DNA of 62,261 nucleotides, filler included, from Nemertoderma westbladi (lineage: Eukaryota > Animalia > Xenacoelomorpha): the NCBI GenBank assembly GCA_032718475.1. It is 3 parts of 3 records of this genome, joined end to end, with 100 filler letters (N's around TTAATTAATTAA, not from the genome) between each part and the next. Parts side by side here need not be neighbours in the genome. Positions count along the whole stretch, not along the records: positions 44,578 to 62,261 come from JAUCBJ010004600.1; 2 more parts are not named here. One strand, 5' to 3'. Positions 49,409 to 61,765 of this stretch are shown piece by piece. A model generated the notes under the pieces. That model was given only the letters and a program-made list of their open reading frames with translations. It ran no database searches and was not told where the DNA came from. The position numbers were made by a program, and so were the translations under genes. Every line of letters starts with the position of its first letter. The first letter of the stretch is position 1.

Positions 49409-51119
49409 TGTTAGGGGGATTATTGAGTCTAAAAGATAAAATAACATTTAACTTTCATTTTTTCTTCTTATTCGAATATAATTTAATATAATAAGGGGGG
49501 GGGGGGGGGGGGGGGGGGGAGTTTAACGGTTAATCCAACAGTGTTTATGTTGTAGTCACCACGAGCCGCCGAGAGTTTATTCTGTGTGAATAACAGATGT
49601 TGTCCTCACGTAAGTTTGAAGATGATATTTGGTTAGTATTTATTTTGAACAAGAATATAATACCTACTTAGTATTTATATATTAATTTGAAATATTTCAA
49701 CTTAATATATTAATAGAACTAGACGGCTGCATCAGTGGACTGTTGGTGTTTGCAATTAGATGGAATTCATATAAATTAATTTAGAAATTTCAAACTTGTT
49801 TTCCTCTGTGGGCCAAATTTTGGTGCTCCACCAAATTTTGGTGCCGCACCAAATTTTGAAATCCTTTCAATAGTTCAATCGCTTGTGACAACTTATTTCT
49901 CGCATTTTACAGTTACGTTTATTTTAATACAAACTTTGTTTTTTTTCTCGGGAAAAGAAAGTTTTTATAATTAAATATTTGTTCTAGAATATAATTTTTT
50001 CGATAACAAATAGCTGAAATTTTTCTTGAACATTTAAAAAAATATTATCAAAAATTAATTAGTGTTCATTTCGATGGTTTATTTGATTCAATTGCCGACT
50101 TGTTTTGTTTTATTTGAACATAATATTATAATTGTTCTACAGCAGCTACCATTTAAAATCTCTAAAAAATTTATTGAAAAAATGCTGCAAAATTAAACAA
50201 AAAAAACGCCTCACACATCGGGCTATGTAAAAGTGCCCCTTCAATATTACCCCTGTTTTATTGTTAACAACTGTTCTATTCCTATTAGCTATAAAAGTAC
50301 AATTTTATTTGTTACACATTTATTAGCGGGATTATAACTATCTCTAATGCTGGGCTACGGCCATAAAAGTTATTTTGCTCTAGTAGGGCAAAATAACCAT
50401 GTTATTCCCTCTTAGAAGTAGTGAAGTGTTACATACTGACATACAAACATAGGAACCGGTAATGCTGCTGTACTCGTCTTAGGTCTGTTGTGTGTCACAT
50501 CAGGTGCAAATCAGGCATTCAGACCACCAACTAGTTTTGTATTTCATGTGAAAATATTTTTCGTGGAATTTCTTATATTTTATTACATGTGTTGAAAGAG
50601 CATCGAAGTAGAAAATGTTTGCAGCTTTGTATGTAATTTGAGCAAAATCCACGCTCAATAGTAAACTCAATATATTTACTCAATAGTAAATAACTTAATA
50701 TATTCTTAATAAACTTAATATATTCCAGAACCATTAAATTATTTAACATTGAGTAAGGCAGCATCAGGAGGATGAGTACAGTAATTTGAACCCCAGAACT
50801 ACGATAGCAATATAGTTTGCTAATAATTTACTTTAATAACTATTACAACAATCCGGTTAAGGATATTCTTGGTATAAATTGAATTGCACTAGAACAGAAA
50901 TATAAGTAAAAAAAGTACCAATTTAAGAATAAAATTACGTATTATATGGCAAAAAACGTAGGGCCTAGCACATTTATTTTCAATTATTCTCTCGACCCTT
51001 TATTAACTTCGCTGGCGCTCGGGAAATAAAAAAAGTATAGTGTAGTGGAAATAAGTATAGTGGAAAAAAGTTGTAACTTTTATTTTCCTAAGTACTAAAT
51101 ACTTAAGTTAATTACAGTC

Positions 51120-51163
51120 ACACGGCTGATGATAACCAGAAGTTTGAAACCTAGGTACCGGGT
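51120..51163 (+). ncRNA. Minimal type I hammerhead ribozyme (copy 1)
   Basis: ACACGG-CTGATGA-TAAC-cagaa-GTTT-GAAA-CCTAGG-TA-CCGGGT. One stem I mismatch. Predicted cleavage after 51157. Confidence 0.75.
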
Positions 51164-51486
51164 TCGAGCCCCAATAGGGCCGGTTGATATTTTTCGCTAT
51201 GGAGAGCATTATCATATTGTCCTATCTACATTATATATTTAATTCACCGTCACTCACCCCACAACAATTCATTTATTATTATTAATTAGCAGCCTGGGCC
51301 AGGCATTACGGGGTTACAGTGGTTTCTACAACACTGTATAATAGTTATTCTTTGAGGCATGGTTGCCATTTCTGGCAGAGCACGGGAATAACGAACTTGT
51401 TCTTTCCTTTGAGTGATTAGTTGTCCTAAATATGATCTCCCACTCCACAGCGAAATATTCATCCGGTCTGGTAGCTCAGTACAGTC

Positions 51487-51530
51487 ACCCGGCTGATGAT
51501 AACCAGAAGTTTGAAACCTAGGTACCGGGT
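51487..51530 (+). ncRNA. Minimal type I hammerhead ribozyme (copy 2)
   Basis: Perfect stem I ACCCGG/CCGGGT, core CTGATGA 51493-99, stem II AAC/GTT closed by U-U, GAAA 51513-16, palindromic ACCTAGGT. Predicted cleavage after GTA at 51524. Confidence 0.82.
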
Positions 51531-52231
51531 TCGAGCCCCAATAGTGCCGGTTGATATTTTTCGCTATGGAGAGCATTATCATATTGTCCTATCTACATTA
51601 TATATTTAATTCACCGTCACTCACCCCACAACAATTCATTTATTATTATTAAATACTTAATTATACTAATAAAATGTATTTAATGTGAACAATACCGTCT
51701 GTGGGTAATGGATACATGACTTGTCCACCAAATATACTATTCAATTAATTCAGCCAATTTAGTTATATATCCAATTTGAAGTTTATGCAATATGTTACCC
51801 CTAGCGGCCAACATAAGGAAAATATAGAAATTTTAGAAAGTAAACCATTTAAATAAGTTTGACATCAATTTTTACAAACAAATTCGGGTGATTTTTGATG
51901 ATCGAATCTTACGGCGATTGGATGAATTAAGCCTAGAGCTATACAACACACATGACACAGTAATGTTTTACCTTGGAACTTGGGTGTTATTATTCCCTTG
52001 GGCAAAATAACACCTATGCAATTAATGAATTAAAGTGAAACACACCGAAAATTTTCCAATTCCCTTGGGAAAAATAAATATAAACACCCCCAAAACTTTC
52101 CAAGCCCCATTTTGTAAACTCTTCCCCCAAACAATGCCCTTTTAGAATCTGTAAATAGTTGTTAAGGGACAAAAATAATCGAAATGCATACCATAATAAA
52201 TGTGTAACAACTTACTTATTCCCCAGAAGTT

Positions 52232-52312
52232 AGTTATTTTCCCAGTTATTTAACCCGCGGGCAGGAAACAACCCGAGGGCGAAGCCCGAGGGTGTTCCTG
52301 CCCAAGGGTTAA
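52232..52312. repeat. GC-rich palindromic dispersed repeat (inverted copy of 59741-59841)
   Basis: taacccgcgggcaggaa...cccgagggcgaagcccgaggg...ttcctgccc..gggttaa. Confidence 0.75.
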
Positions 52313-52624
52313 GCATAGAGCAATATAAATTTGTTATTAATAGAAATTGTTTCCAACTTTATAACTACATGTAAAAATGGAAGCAGGACAATTCGGTCCC
52401 GGACAATTCGGTCCCATTTATTTTGTGTTATGGGACCGAATTGTCCTGAACCAAATTAAATTGGTACTATAATGGTGAATGTTCTCAACCTTAGTATATA
52501 TTTTTCTACGGTAACTAGTGTTTTTTTACTAGTTAATCATTTAAAAAATTCACTTTTTATCCGCAAAATGCGGACATAAAATACTTTTTTGTCCGCATAA
52601 GCGGACAAACCCGGATGCGGATAC

Positions 52625-55600
52625 ACCCCTTCTACAGATCCCCCCATACCTCCCACCCCGTCTCCTACACCATCCACAGATCCCCCATACTTCCCGCACC
52701 GCCTCCCACACCCTCCACAGATCCTCCTGTACTTCCCACTCCGTCTCCCACGCCGTCCACAGATCCCCCCATACTTCCCACTTCGCCTCCCACACCCTCC
52801 ACAGATCCCCCCATACCTCCCACTCCGTCTCCTACACCATCCACAGATCCCCCCATACTTCCCACACCGCCCCCCACACCCTCCAAAGACCCTCATGTAC
52901 TTCCCACTCCGTCTCCTACACCCTCCAAAGATCCTCCTGTACTTCCCACTCCGTCTCCTACACCATCAACAGATCCCCCCATACTTCCGACTCCGCCTCC
53001 CACACCCTCCAAAGATCCTCCTGTATTTCCCACTCCGTCTCCTACACCCTTCACAGATCCCCCCATACCTCCCACTCCGTCTCCTACACCATCCACAGAT
53101 CCTCATGTACTTCTCACTCTGCCTCCCACATCATCCGCAGATCCTCCTGTACTCCCCACTCAGTCTTCCACACCCTCCACAGATCCTCATGTACTTCCGA
53201 CTTCGTCTCCTACACCCTCCACAAATCCCCCCATACTTACCACTCCGTCTCCTACACCGTCCACAAATCCCCCCATACTTACCACTCCGTCTCCTACACC
53301 CTCCACAGATCCCCCCATACCTCCCACACCCTCCACAGATCCCCCCATACCTCCCACACCCTCCACAGATCCCCCCATACCTCCCACGCCGTCTCCTACA
53401 CCATCCACAGATCCCCCCATACTTCCCACTCCGTCTCCTACACCATCCACAGATCCCCCCATACTTCCCACTCCGTCTCCTACACCCTCCACAGATCCCC
53501 CCATACTTCCCACTCCGTCTCCTACACCCTCCACAGATCCCACCATACTTCCCATTCCGTCTCCCATACCCTCCACAGATCCTCCCATACTTCCCACTCC
53601 GTCTCCCACACCCTCCACAGATCCCCCCATACCTCCCACTCCGTCTCCTACACCCTCCACAAATCCCGCCATACTTACCACTCCGTCTCCTACACCCTCC
53701 ACAGATCCCCCCATACCTCCCACTCCGTCTCCCACACCCTCCACAGATCCACCCATACCTCCCACTCTCCCACTCCGTCTCCTACACCATCCACAGATCC
53801 CCCCATACTTCCCACTCCGTCTCCTACACTATCCACAGATCCCCCCATACCTCCCACTCCGTCTCCTACATCCTCCACAAATCCCCCCATACTTACCACT
53901 CCGTCTCCTACACCCTCCACAGATCTCCCCATACCTCCTACTCCGTCTCCCACACCCTCCGCAGATCCCCCAATACCTCCCACTCTCCCACTCCTTCTCC
54001 TACACCATCCACAGATCCCCCCATACTTCCCATTCCGTCTCCTACACCCTCCAAAGATCCCCCAATACCTCCCACTCTCCCACTCCGTCTGCTACACCAT
54101 CCACAGATCCCCCCATACTTCCCACTCCGTCTCCTACACCATCCACAGATCCCCCATACTTCCCATTCCGTCTCCTACACCCTCCAAAGATCCCCCAATA
54201 CCTCCCACTCTCCCACTCCGTCTGCTACACCATCCACAGATCCCCCCATACTTACCACTCCGTCTCCTACACCCTCCACAGATCTCCCCATACCTCCTAC
54301 TCCGTCTCCCACACCCTCCGCAGATCCCCCAAAACCTCCCACTCTCCCACTCCTTCTCCTACACCATCCACAGATCCCCCCATACTTCCCATTCCGTCTC
54401 CTACACCCTCCAAAGATCCCCCAATACCTCCCACTCTCCCACTCCGTCTGCTACACCATCCACAGATCCCCCCATACTTCCCACTCCGTCTCCTACTCCC
54501 TCCACAGATCCCCCATACTTCCCACTCCGTCTCCTACACCCTCCACAGATCCCCCCACACTTCCCACTCCGTCTCCTACACCATCCACAGATCCCCCCAT
54601 ACTTCCCACTCCGTCTCCTACACCCTCCACAGATCCCCCCATACTTCCCACTCCGTCTCCTACACCATCCACAGATCCCCCCATACTTTCCACTCCGTCT
54701 CCTACACTATCCACAGATCCCCCCATACCTCCCACTCCGTCTCCTACACCCTCCACAAATCCCCCCATACTTCCCACTCCGTCTCCTACACTATCCACAG
54801 ATCCCCCCATACCTCCCACTCCGTCTCCTACACCCTCCACAGATCTCCCCATACCTCCTACTCCGTCTCCCACACCCTCCACAGATCCCCCAATACCTCC
54901 CACTCTCCTACTCCGTCTCCCACACCGTCCACAGATCCCCCCATACTTCCGACTCCGCCTCCCACACCCTCCACAGATCCCCACATACTTCCGACTCCGC
55001 CTCCCACACCCTCCACAGATCCTCCTGTACTTCCCACTCCACCTCCCACACCCTCCACAAATCCCCCCATACTTACCACTCCGTCTCCTACACCCTCCAC
55101 AGATCTCCCCATACCTCCTACTCCGTCTCCCACACCCTCCACAGATCCCCCAATACCTCCCACTCTCCTACTCCGTCTCCCACACCGTCCACAGATCCCC
55201 CCATACTTCCGACTCCGCCTCCTACACCCTCCAAAGATCCCCCAATACCTCCCACTCTCCCACTCCGTCTGCTACACCCTCCACAGATCCCCCCATACCT
55301 CCCACTCCGTCTCCCACACCCTCCACAGATCCTCCTGTACTTCCCACTCCACCTCCCACACCCTCCACAAATCCCCCCATACTTACCACTCCGTCTCCCA
55401 CACCCTCCACAGATCCCCCCATACCTCCCACTCCGTCTCCCACACCCTCCACAGATCCTCCTGTACTTCCCACTCCACCTCCCACACCCTCCACAAATCC
55501 CCCCATACTTCCCATTCCGTCTCCTACACCCTCCAAAGATCCCCCAATACCTCCCACACTCCCACTCCGTCTCCTACACCATCCACAGATCCCCCCATAC

Positions 55601-56062
55601 TTCCCACTCCGTCTCCTACACCATCCACAGATCCTCCTGTACTTCCCACTCCACCTCCCACACCCTCCACAAATCCCCCCATACTTACCACTCCGTCTCC
55701 TACACCATCCACAGATCCCCCCATACTTCCCATTCCGTCTCCTACACCCTCCAAAGATCCCCCAATACCTCCCACACTCCCACTCCGTCTCCTACACCAT
55801 CCACAGATCCCCCCATTCTTCCCACTCCGTCTCCTACACCATCCACAGATCCCCCCATACTTCCCACTCCGTCTCCTACACCATCCACAGATCCCCCCTA
55901 CCTCCCACTCCGTCTCCCACACCCTCCACAGATCCCCCCATACCTCCCACTCCGCCTCCTACACCCTCCATAGATCCCCCCATAACTCCCACTCCGTCTC
56001 CTACACCATCCACAGATCCCCCATACTTCCCACTCCGCCTCCCACACCCTGCACAGATCCTC
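52625..56062. repeat. 42-bp C-rich minisatellite (ccactccgtctcctacaccctccacagatccccccatacttc)n, about 3.4 kb
   Basis: Direct reading. The [14 protein letters not shown] reading switches between frames, so the 1183- and 1063-aa ORFs are probably not genes. Confidence 0.92.
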
Positions 56063-56421
56063 CTAATATATTCAGCAACAGTTTAGGCCTAATTCTGAAA
56101 TATCAATGTTTTCACAAAATTTGTTATAATTTGAAAAAACTACTACCTAGTAAAAAAAAACACTAGCTACCTTAATAAATCATATCTAGTAGTGTTCTCG
56201 AACACTTACCAATAACAAATATAAAAATAATACCGGTACCGTATTTTTAAAATTTCAAACAATAATAGCTAGTAAAAAAACAGTAGCTACCTTAAAAAAA
56301 TATATCTACTAATGTTCTAGAACATTCACCATTATCAAAAAAAGCATTAAAAAAACGCTAAAAACTGACAGGTATACATTTATTATATAATATATTATAC
56401 ATATTAATATATGCTAAATAA

Positions 56422-58147
56422 GGGGGCGTTCATTAAGTATGTCACGCAAATTTTCCTGTGTTTTGACCCCCTACCCCCGCCCTCTGTCACAAAAACGTTT
56501 TTTCGTAAATTTATACCCCTCCTCCCAGACGAATATATTGTATTTCATTAATTTAATAACAGTTAGAAAGCACAATAGAAAGTGAAACATTTTGACTGAA
56601 GTAGTTCTTACTAAAAGCCTATACATACTTTAGCAGCTGCAAACTACTACAGTGCTGTACATGTACAAGGCAGACTAGACAGGGGTGCCCTGTTAATGTT
56701 AGGGATTAAATTCAATGTTATTGAGTTTATTGTTTTTTCCCACTCATCTACAAATGTGTTAGTCAAAGTCAAGCTAACATTAAAGCATACCGTAGAACGT
56801 CGCCGTGACCGTCACAAAAGTCAACCCCCCCCCCCCCCCCCCCCCCCCTGTCACAAAATGTCACGGAGCCCATGTCAATGGAGCCCATTTTGGCACTTAG
56901 AAGGATAATTGAATAATTATCAAAAAAGAAAGACAGGCATCTATCTGGCTGTTATCTTTGTTGACTTCTTCAAGGCCTTTGATTCAGTCTCTCGCTCACG
57001 TATGTTCAGCATACTTTCATTATATGGGATTCCTGATGAAATTATTGCAGCAATCAGATCAGTATACGATGGTTCGACAACATTTGTGTCTACTGTTGAC
57101 GGTGACACAGAACCATTTTAAGTGTTATGGGGCGTCCTCCAAGGAGACACACTTGCACCATTCTTGTTCATTGTTGTGGTTGACTATGTTCTACGCATGT
57201 CCTTAGATCATCATAATGATGATGGGGTGATGATAACTCCACCTACTGGCTCCAGAAGTCGAGGAAATCCTGCCAAGTACCTAACTGATCTAGACTTTGC
57301 TGATGACTTAGGTGTACTCTCAGAATCATTAGAGGGAGCCCAACGGCTCCTCAGCTCATTAGAACATGCTGCTTCTAGTGTTGGTCTTTTTATTAACTCC
57401 AGAAAGACCAAAATTTTGACAGTTAACTTTGAAAGTCCTCAGCAAGTCTCTGATCGGATGAGCATAAGCTCAAAGGATGGTATGCTTGAGCATGTGGACG
57501 ACTTCTGTTACCTGGGATCATGGATCCGGAAGTCAGGTGAGGACCTTCAAATACGTAAGGGAAAGGCATGGGCAGCCTTGAATAGGCTTTCCAGGATTTG
57601 GAAGTCACCGAGAATTAATCGGAAACTTAAGGTCCGATTATTTAGAGCAGCAGTAGTTCCAGTACTCCTCTACGGGAGTCCATGCTGGGCTCTAACTGCT
57701 GAGGACACCAAATCTCTGGATGGCACATTCACAAGAATGCTACGCCGGGTTCATTGTGTTAAGTACAATGCACACATCTCCAACCAGACACTATATAACA
57801 TTGGAGGTGTCTCATTGGTTCCCCCAAGCTTGACACTAGAACAAAATCGTCTCCGCTTTGCAGGACATTGCTTTCGCCGTGAGGACCAGCCAGTGCATAA
57901 TCTTGTACTTTGGCAGCCTCGTGGAGTGAATAAGCATGGTGGACAGCCCATGACTTTCTTGAGACGCATCTTAAAGGACACTGGCCTTGAAGATGCGGAT
58001 GATCTAGCAAATGTCATGGGTGATAGGGAGTTGTGGCGGTGCAATTTTGTTGACAAGCCGGCACAGCATTCTTAAAAATGCAGCTGCAATGCAGCATGCC
58101 GATCCTAGTAGAAGTAGTAGAGCGTGACATACTTTATTACCGCCCCC
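56422..58147. mobile_element. PIF/Harbinger-type MITE with a TAA TSD, carrying a nested RTE LINE
   Basis: 26-bp TIRs gggggcgttcattaagtatgtcacgc / gcgtgacatactttattaccgccccc (3 mismatches). TAA at 56419-56421 and 58148-58150. Confidence 0.8.
56880..58120 (+). mobile_element. 5'-truncated RTE-clade LINE (RT plus C-terminus)
   Basis: FVDFFKAFDSVSR, GVLQGDTLAPFLF, DLDFADD, LLYGSPCW and RLRFAGHCFRR. One in-frame stop at 57119-57121. Short (AGT)-type tail. Confidence 0.9.
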
Positions 58148-58460
58148 TAAAGTAGCTAAATACATTATTTGTTATTCAATTTTCATAGTATTTTATATTT
58201 GCATCGAATTATGTTTCTATCAGGAACTGGACAATTTGGTCCGGGACAATTCGGTCCCGGACAATTCGGTCCTAAAACAAATTTGGTCCCATATTTATTT
58301 AGTGTTTGGGTTCAGATAGTTTCAGATATGATTTTTTCCAGTTTAATTTATGGTATACCTGCAGTATTCCAACACCGATCACCTTAATTAATATTACTTT
58401 TTACACTTTAACTATTTACATACTTTAATTTACTTTACATACTTTATTACTTTAACTATT

Positions 58461-58597
58461 TACATACTTGTGTGTAAAGTAGCACTTTACAGTGTGATGA
58501 TCCGAGTGGATTTGTTACACAAACGAACGTTAGTGAGTGAGTGAAAATAAAGCCACGAGGATCAGAACACTGTAAAGTACTTTGCAACAAGTATGTA
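58461..58597. repeat. Imperfect palindrome (MITE-like)
   Basis: tacatacttg...tttacagtgt...tgatcc pairs with ggatca...acactgtaaag...caagtatgta. Confidence 0.6.
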
Positions 58598-59740
58598 TGT
58601 AATTCTATTCCAAAATGTTAACATTACGAAATGATTGTACATATACATTATAAGTGATAGAAACTGCACAAATTATATTAGTTGCTGTATAAATAATTGT
58701 AAAATTGATATAAATTATGTAATAAATAAGTTAGCTTATATTTATGGTGGCGTTGGAGCCATGGTATAATAATATAGCTGGGCCCTACTGGTTATTAATA
58801 GCTATACCCCGCCTACCGGTAGGTAATGCCCCCTTAGTGGACATTACTTAACGCCGTCATGGGTTACCACGTAAACAATAACACCAAATACAATAATAAA
58901 TGTACAGGCCAATACATTGTTGTAATGGCCTCTAAAGTTGTAAAGTGCTAAATAACAACTCGCTGTTAATACTAACGGCGTTGAGTAATGTTACAATTTT
59001 GGAATTAAATCTATTACCTCGCACATCTAAAATACAAGTAACATTATAAAATATAAAACAAAATTACAACTTACATTGGGTTGATTTACAGTTGTTAAGT
59101 TCTGGAACAGAAGGTTATTAGATGGAACAACACGGAACGTTGGTAACTGGAGGAGGAATGTTTATAAACACTTTGTATCCGATCTTGATTAGTCTGAAAC
59201 TTCTTGTAGGTGTTTAGATTGCCACCCTGCATAAAAGTATCAGACAACTTTTCGAAATTTTTTGTTAAGAAAATTTAATACTATTTATAAAAAACATAAA
59301 AATTAGCATAAATTTGCAGCGCCACCTAGCGGTGCAGAATTACTTTTACAAAATTTCGCCTGATAGTTATGTTGCCCCATCTTTGATCTATCATACAGTA
59401 ACGCTTTCAAATAACGTCCTATTGGATCCTAATAGGATCCTAATAGGAACCTAATAGGAAATAAATAACCTTTAGGAAATCACTTGGAATTTGCCTAATG
59501 TAAGTCTACCTAGAGCGGCTAAATATCAAAGCTTAGAAGTGTCTGTCAATCAACCTCCCAGGATAGCTGAATGTAGTAAAGAGAACCACTTTGTCTAGTG
59601 GTTGAGTTGTATTTCCCTTCCCCTGACTTATCTTACAACAACAATACTCCCCATAGGCTAATGTTAAATATGCAAAGAACACACTACTGGCTGTAACTCA
59701 ACATCTGGAATTACAATTTGGTAAAGGTATCGCTGCTTGT

Positions 59741-59841
59741 GAGTTATTTTCCCGGTTATTTAACCCGCGGGCAGGAACACCCTCGGGCTTCGCCCTCGGG
59801 TTGTTTCCTGCCCGCGGGTCAAATAACCGGGAAAATAACTC
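59741..59841. repeat. Near-perfect ~100-bp hairpin/palindromic element
   Basis: gagttattttcccggttatttaacccgcgggcaggaa...ttcctgcccgcgggtcaaataaccgggaaaataactc. Confidence 0.8.
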
Positions 59842-60155
59842 AATAATAGGGTAATAAATATAGATAATGAAATGATGTAAACACTCACTATAAAAAAATA
59901 AATTTAACATTTATATTTGTTATTTCAGGCACCCTTAGGGGCCACATACCCTTTATCAGAGCGCCTGCATTATTTTTTCCCCAGCAAAGCCAGGTTCCCA
60001 TTATACTGCTGGGTTGGCGTAGCACTAAGTCTAAAGTGCCTTGCCTAGTAACACCACGGTGCAAAATTTCTACAGCCTTAAGTCGGATTTGAACATGCGC
60101 CGCAAACACTATTGTGAAAGCAGTCAGGCGCTGTATCCACTCGGACACTGGGACA

Positions 60156-60700
60156 TATGCCACGCACACACACACTATGCCACGCACACACACACACCAT
60201 GCCACCAACACACACACTATGCCACGAACACACACACTATGCCACCCACAACACATCATGCCACGCACACACTCACTATGCCACCTACACACTCACTATG
60301 CCACCTACACACTCACTATGCCACCTACACACTCACTATGCCACCTACACACACACTATGCCACGCACACACACACACCATGCCACCAACACACACACTA
60401 TGCCACGCACACACACACTATGCCACGCACACACTCACTATGCCACCACACACACACTATGCCACGCACACACACACTATGCCACGCACACACACACTAT
60501 GCCACCCACACACACACTATGCCACGCACACACACACTATGCCACCCACACACACACTATGCCACGCACACACACACTATGCCACCCACACACACACTAT
60601 GCCACGCACACACACACTATGCCACCCACACACACACTATGCCACGCACACACACACTATGCCACCTACACACACACTATGCCACGCACACACACACTAT
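60156..60700. repeat. ~20-bp minisatellite (ATGCCACGCACACACACACT)n
   Basis: Direct reading. The His/Thr-rich ORFs are artefacts. Confidence 0.92.
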
Positions 60701-60774
60701 AAAATTAAGAATGATGTTTGTGTGGGTGACCTGTGTGTGAGAGGAGCGGTGGCCGTTATGGGCCACCGTACTGC

Positions 60775-61765
60775 GGGGGTGTAGAGCTGCTAGCTGGCAC
60801 CAGGGCAGAGGGGAATTGTACTGTAATAGGCAGCCACTTGTATTGCTATAGCAACACAGACATAACTCCAACCACACTGCCTGTATTTCAATTCCTATTG
60901 ACTCTATACTATAAATGTTGTATTACTTACTATCTCAGGTGACAGAAGATAATAATGACATAAATACTCATTGCTGTTGTAGGCTTATATCTGAAATAGT
61001 TTATTCCGCAATATATTTGTCTGGTTATTTTTTAATTGAATTTTTGCAAAGTAGTAAAATTAATGTTCTTAATAATAATATTATTATTTTATATGTAACC
61101 TAGGAAATTAGCTACATTTTTTCGCTGCAGCTTTAAGAGTGTACATTGATTTAATATTATTTCAATACCCATATTACTACATCGGCATACGATGCGTTGG
61201 CGTTGTATCACACATCTCCACATAGATGTATCAGCAGTTACTCGCACAGTTTCGAAACTTCGCATAGTTATAACTGTATAAAGATCGTCAGTCTTGGTTT
61301 AGGAAAAATATTTTAATGCAAAACAGGACGAGCGACGAGCGCAACGAGGCATATAATGAAGACCAGTACTGCGTAGACTATGTTCCTATAAACCATACCT
61401 GGCTTCACCTATTGAAGGCATCGGTAGTTATAATGATCGTCCGTCAGTTTGCGTTTAGGAAATATGTTTAAATACAAAACAGGACGAGCACAACGACGTT
61501 TATAATAATGAAGACGAGTACTGCCTACTGCGTTGAAGGCATCGGTAGTTATAAATTACTGGTGGGTGGGAAGGGTGGGGGGGGGGGGGGGGGGGGTGGT
61601 GCAGATTAAAAGGGGTGAACACGTACTGTCCCTCTTTCTTTGATTGATTGGTGGTGTGGGTAAATTTCTCAAAACCTAATTTTGTGATACAGTCGCTGTC
61701 GCTCAATTTTAATCTGTATCTGATAACTGAGCCTCGTCCTGCACGATGGCCCCGCGAACGTGTAT
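60775..61765 (+). repeat. Dispersed ~1-kb repeat, copy 2 (see 5110-6175)
   Basis: Long shared blocks with 5320-6175. Confidence 0.85.

Larger units (their letters stand above)
51107..51649 (+). mobile_element. tRNA-like/hammerhead element family 2; retrozyme-like ~1.5-mer with a 367-bp period and a TSD
   Basis: Direct repeats 51113-51285 and 51480-51652. Flanking TAAATACTTAA at 51096-51106 and 51650-51660. A-box-like GGTAGCTCAGT (51470-51480) and B-box GGTTCGAGCC. Confidence 0.85.

Noticed and set aside
51463-51550. Intron-containing tRNA gene
   Set aside because: The region between the boxes fits a hammerhead core exactly and has no anticodon stem-loop. The unit is duplicated and flanked by a TSD.
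60041-60784. His/Thr-rich proteins
   Set aside because: Translations of a CA-rich minisatellite that is open in all three frames.
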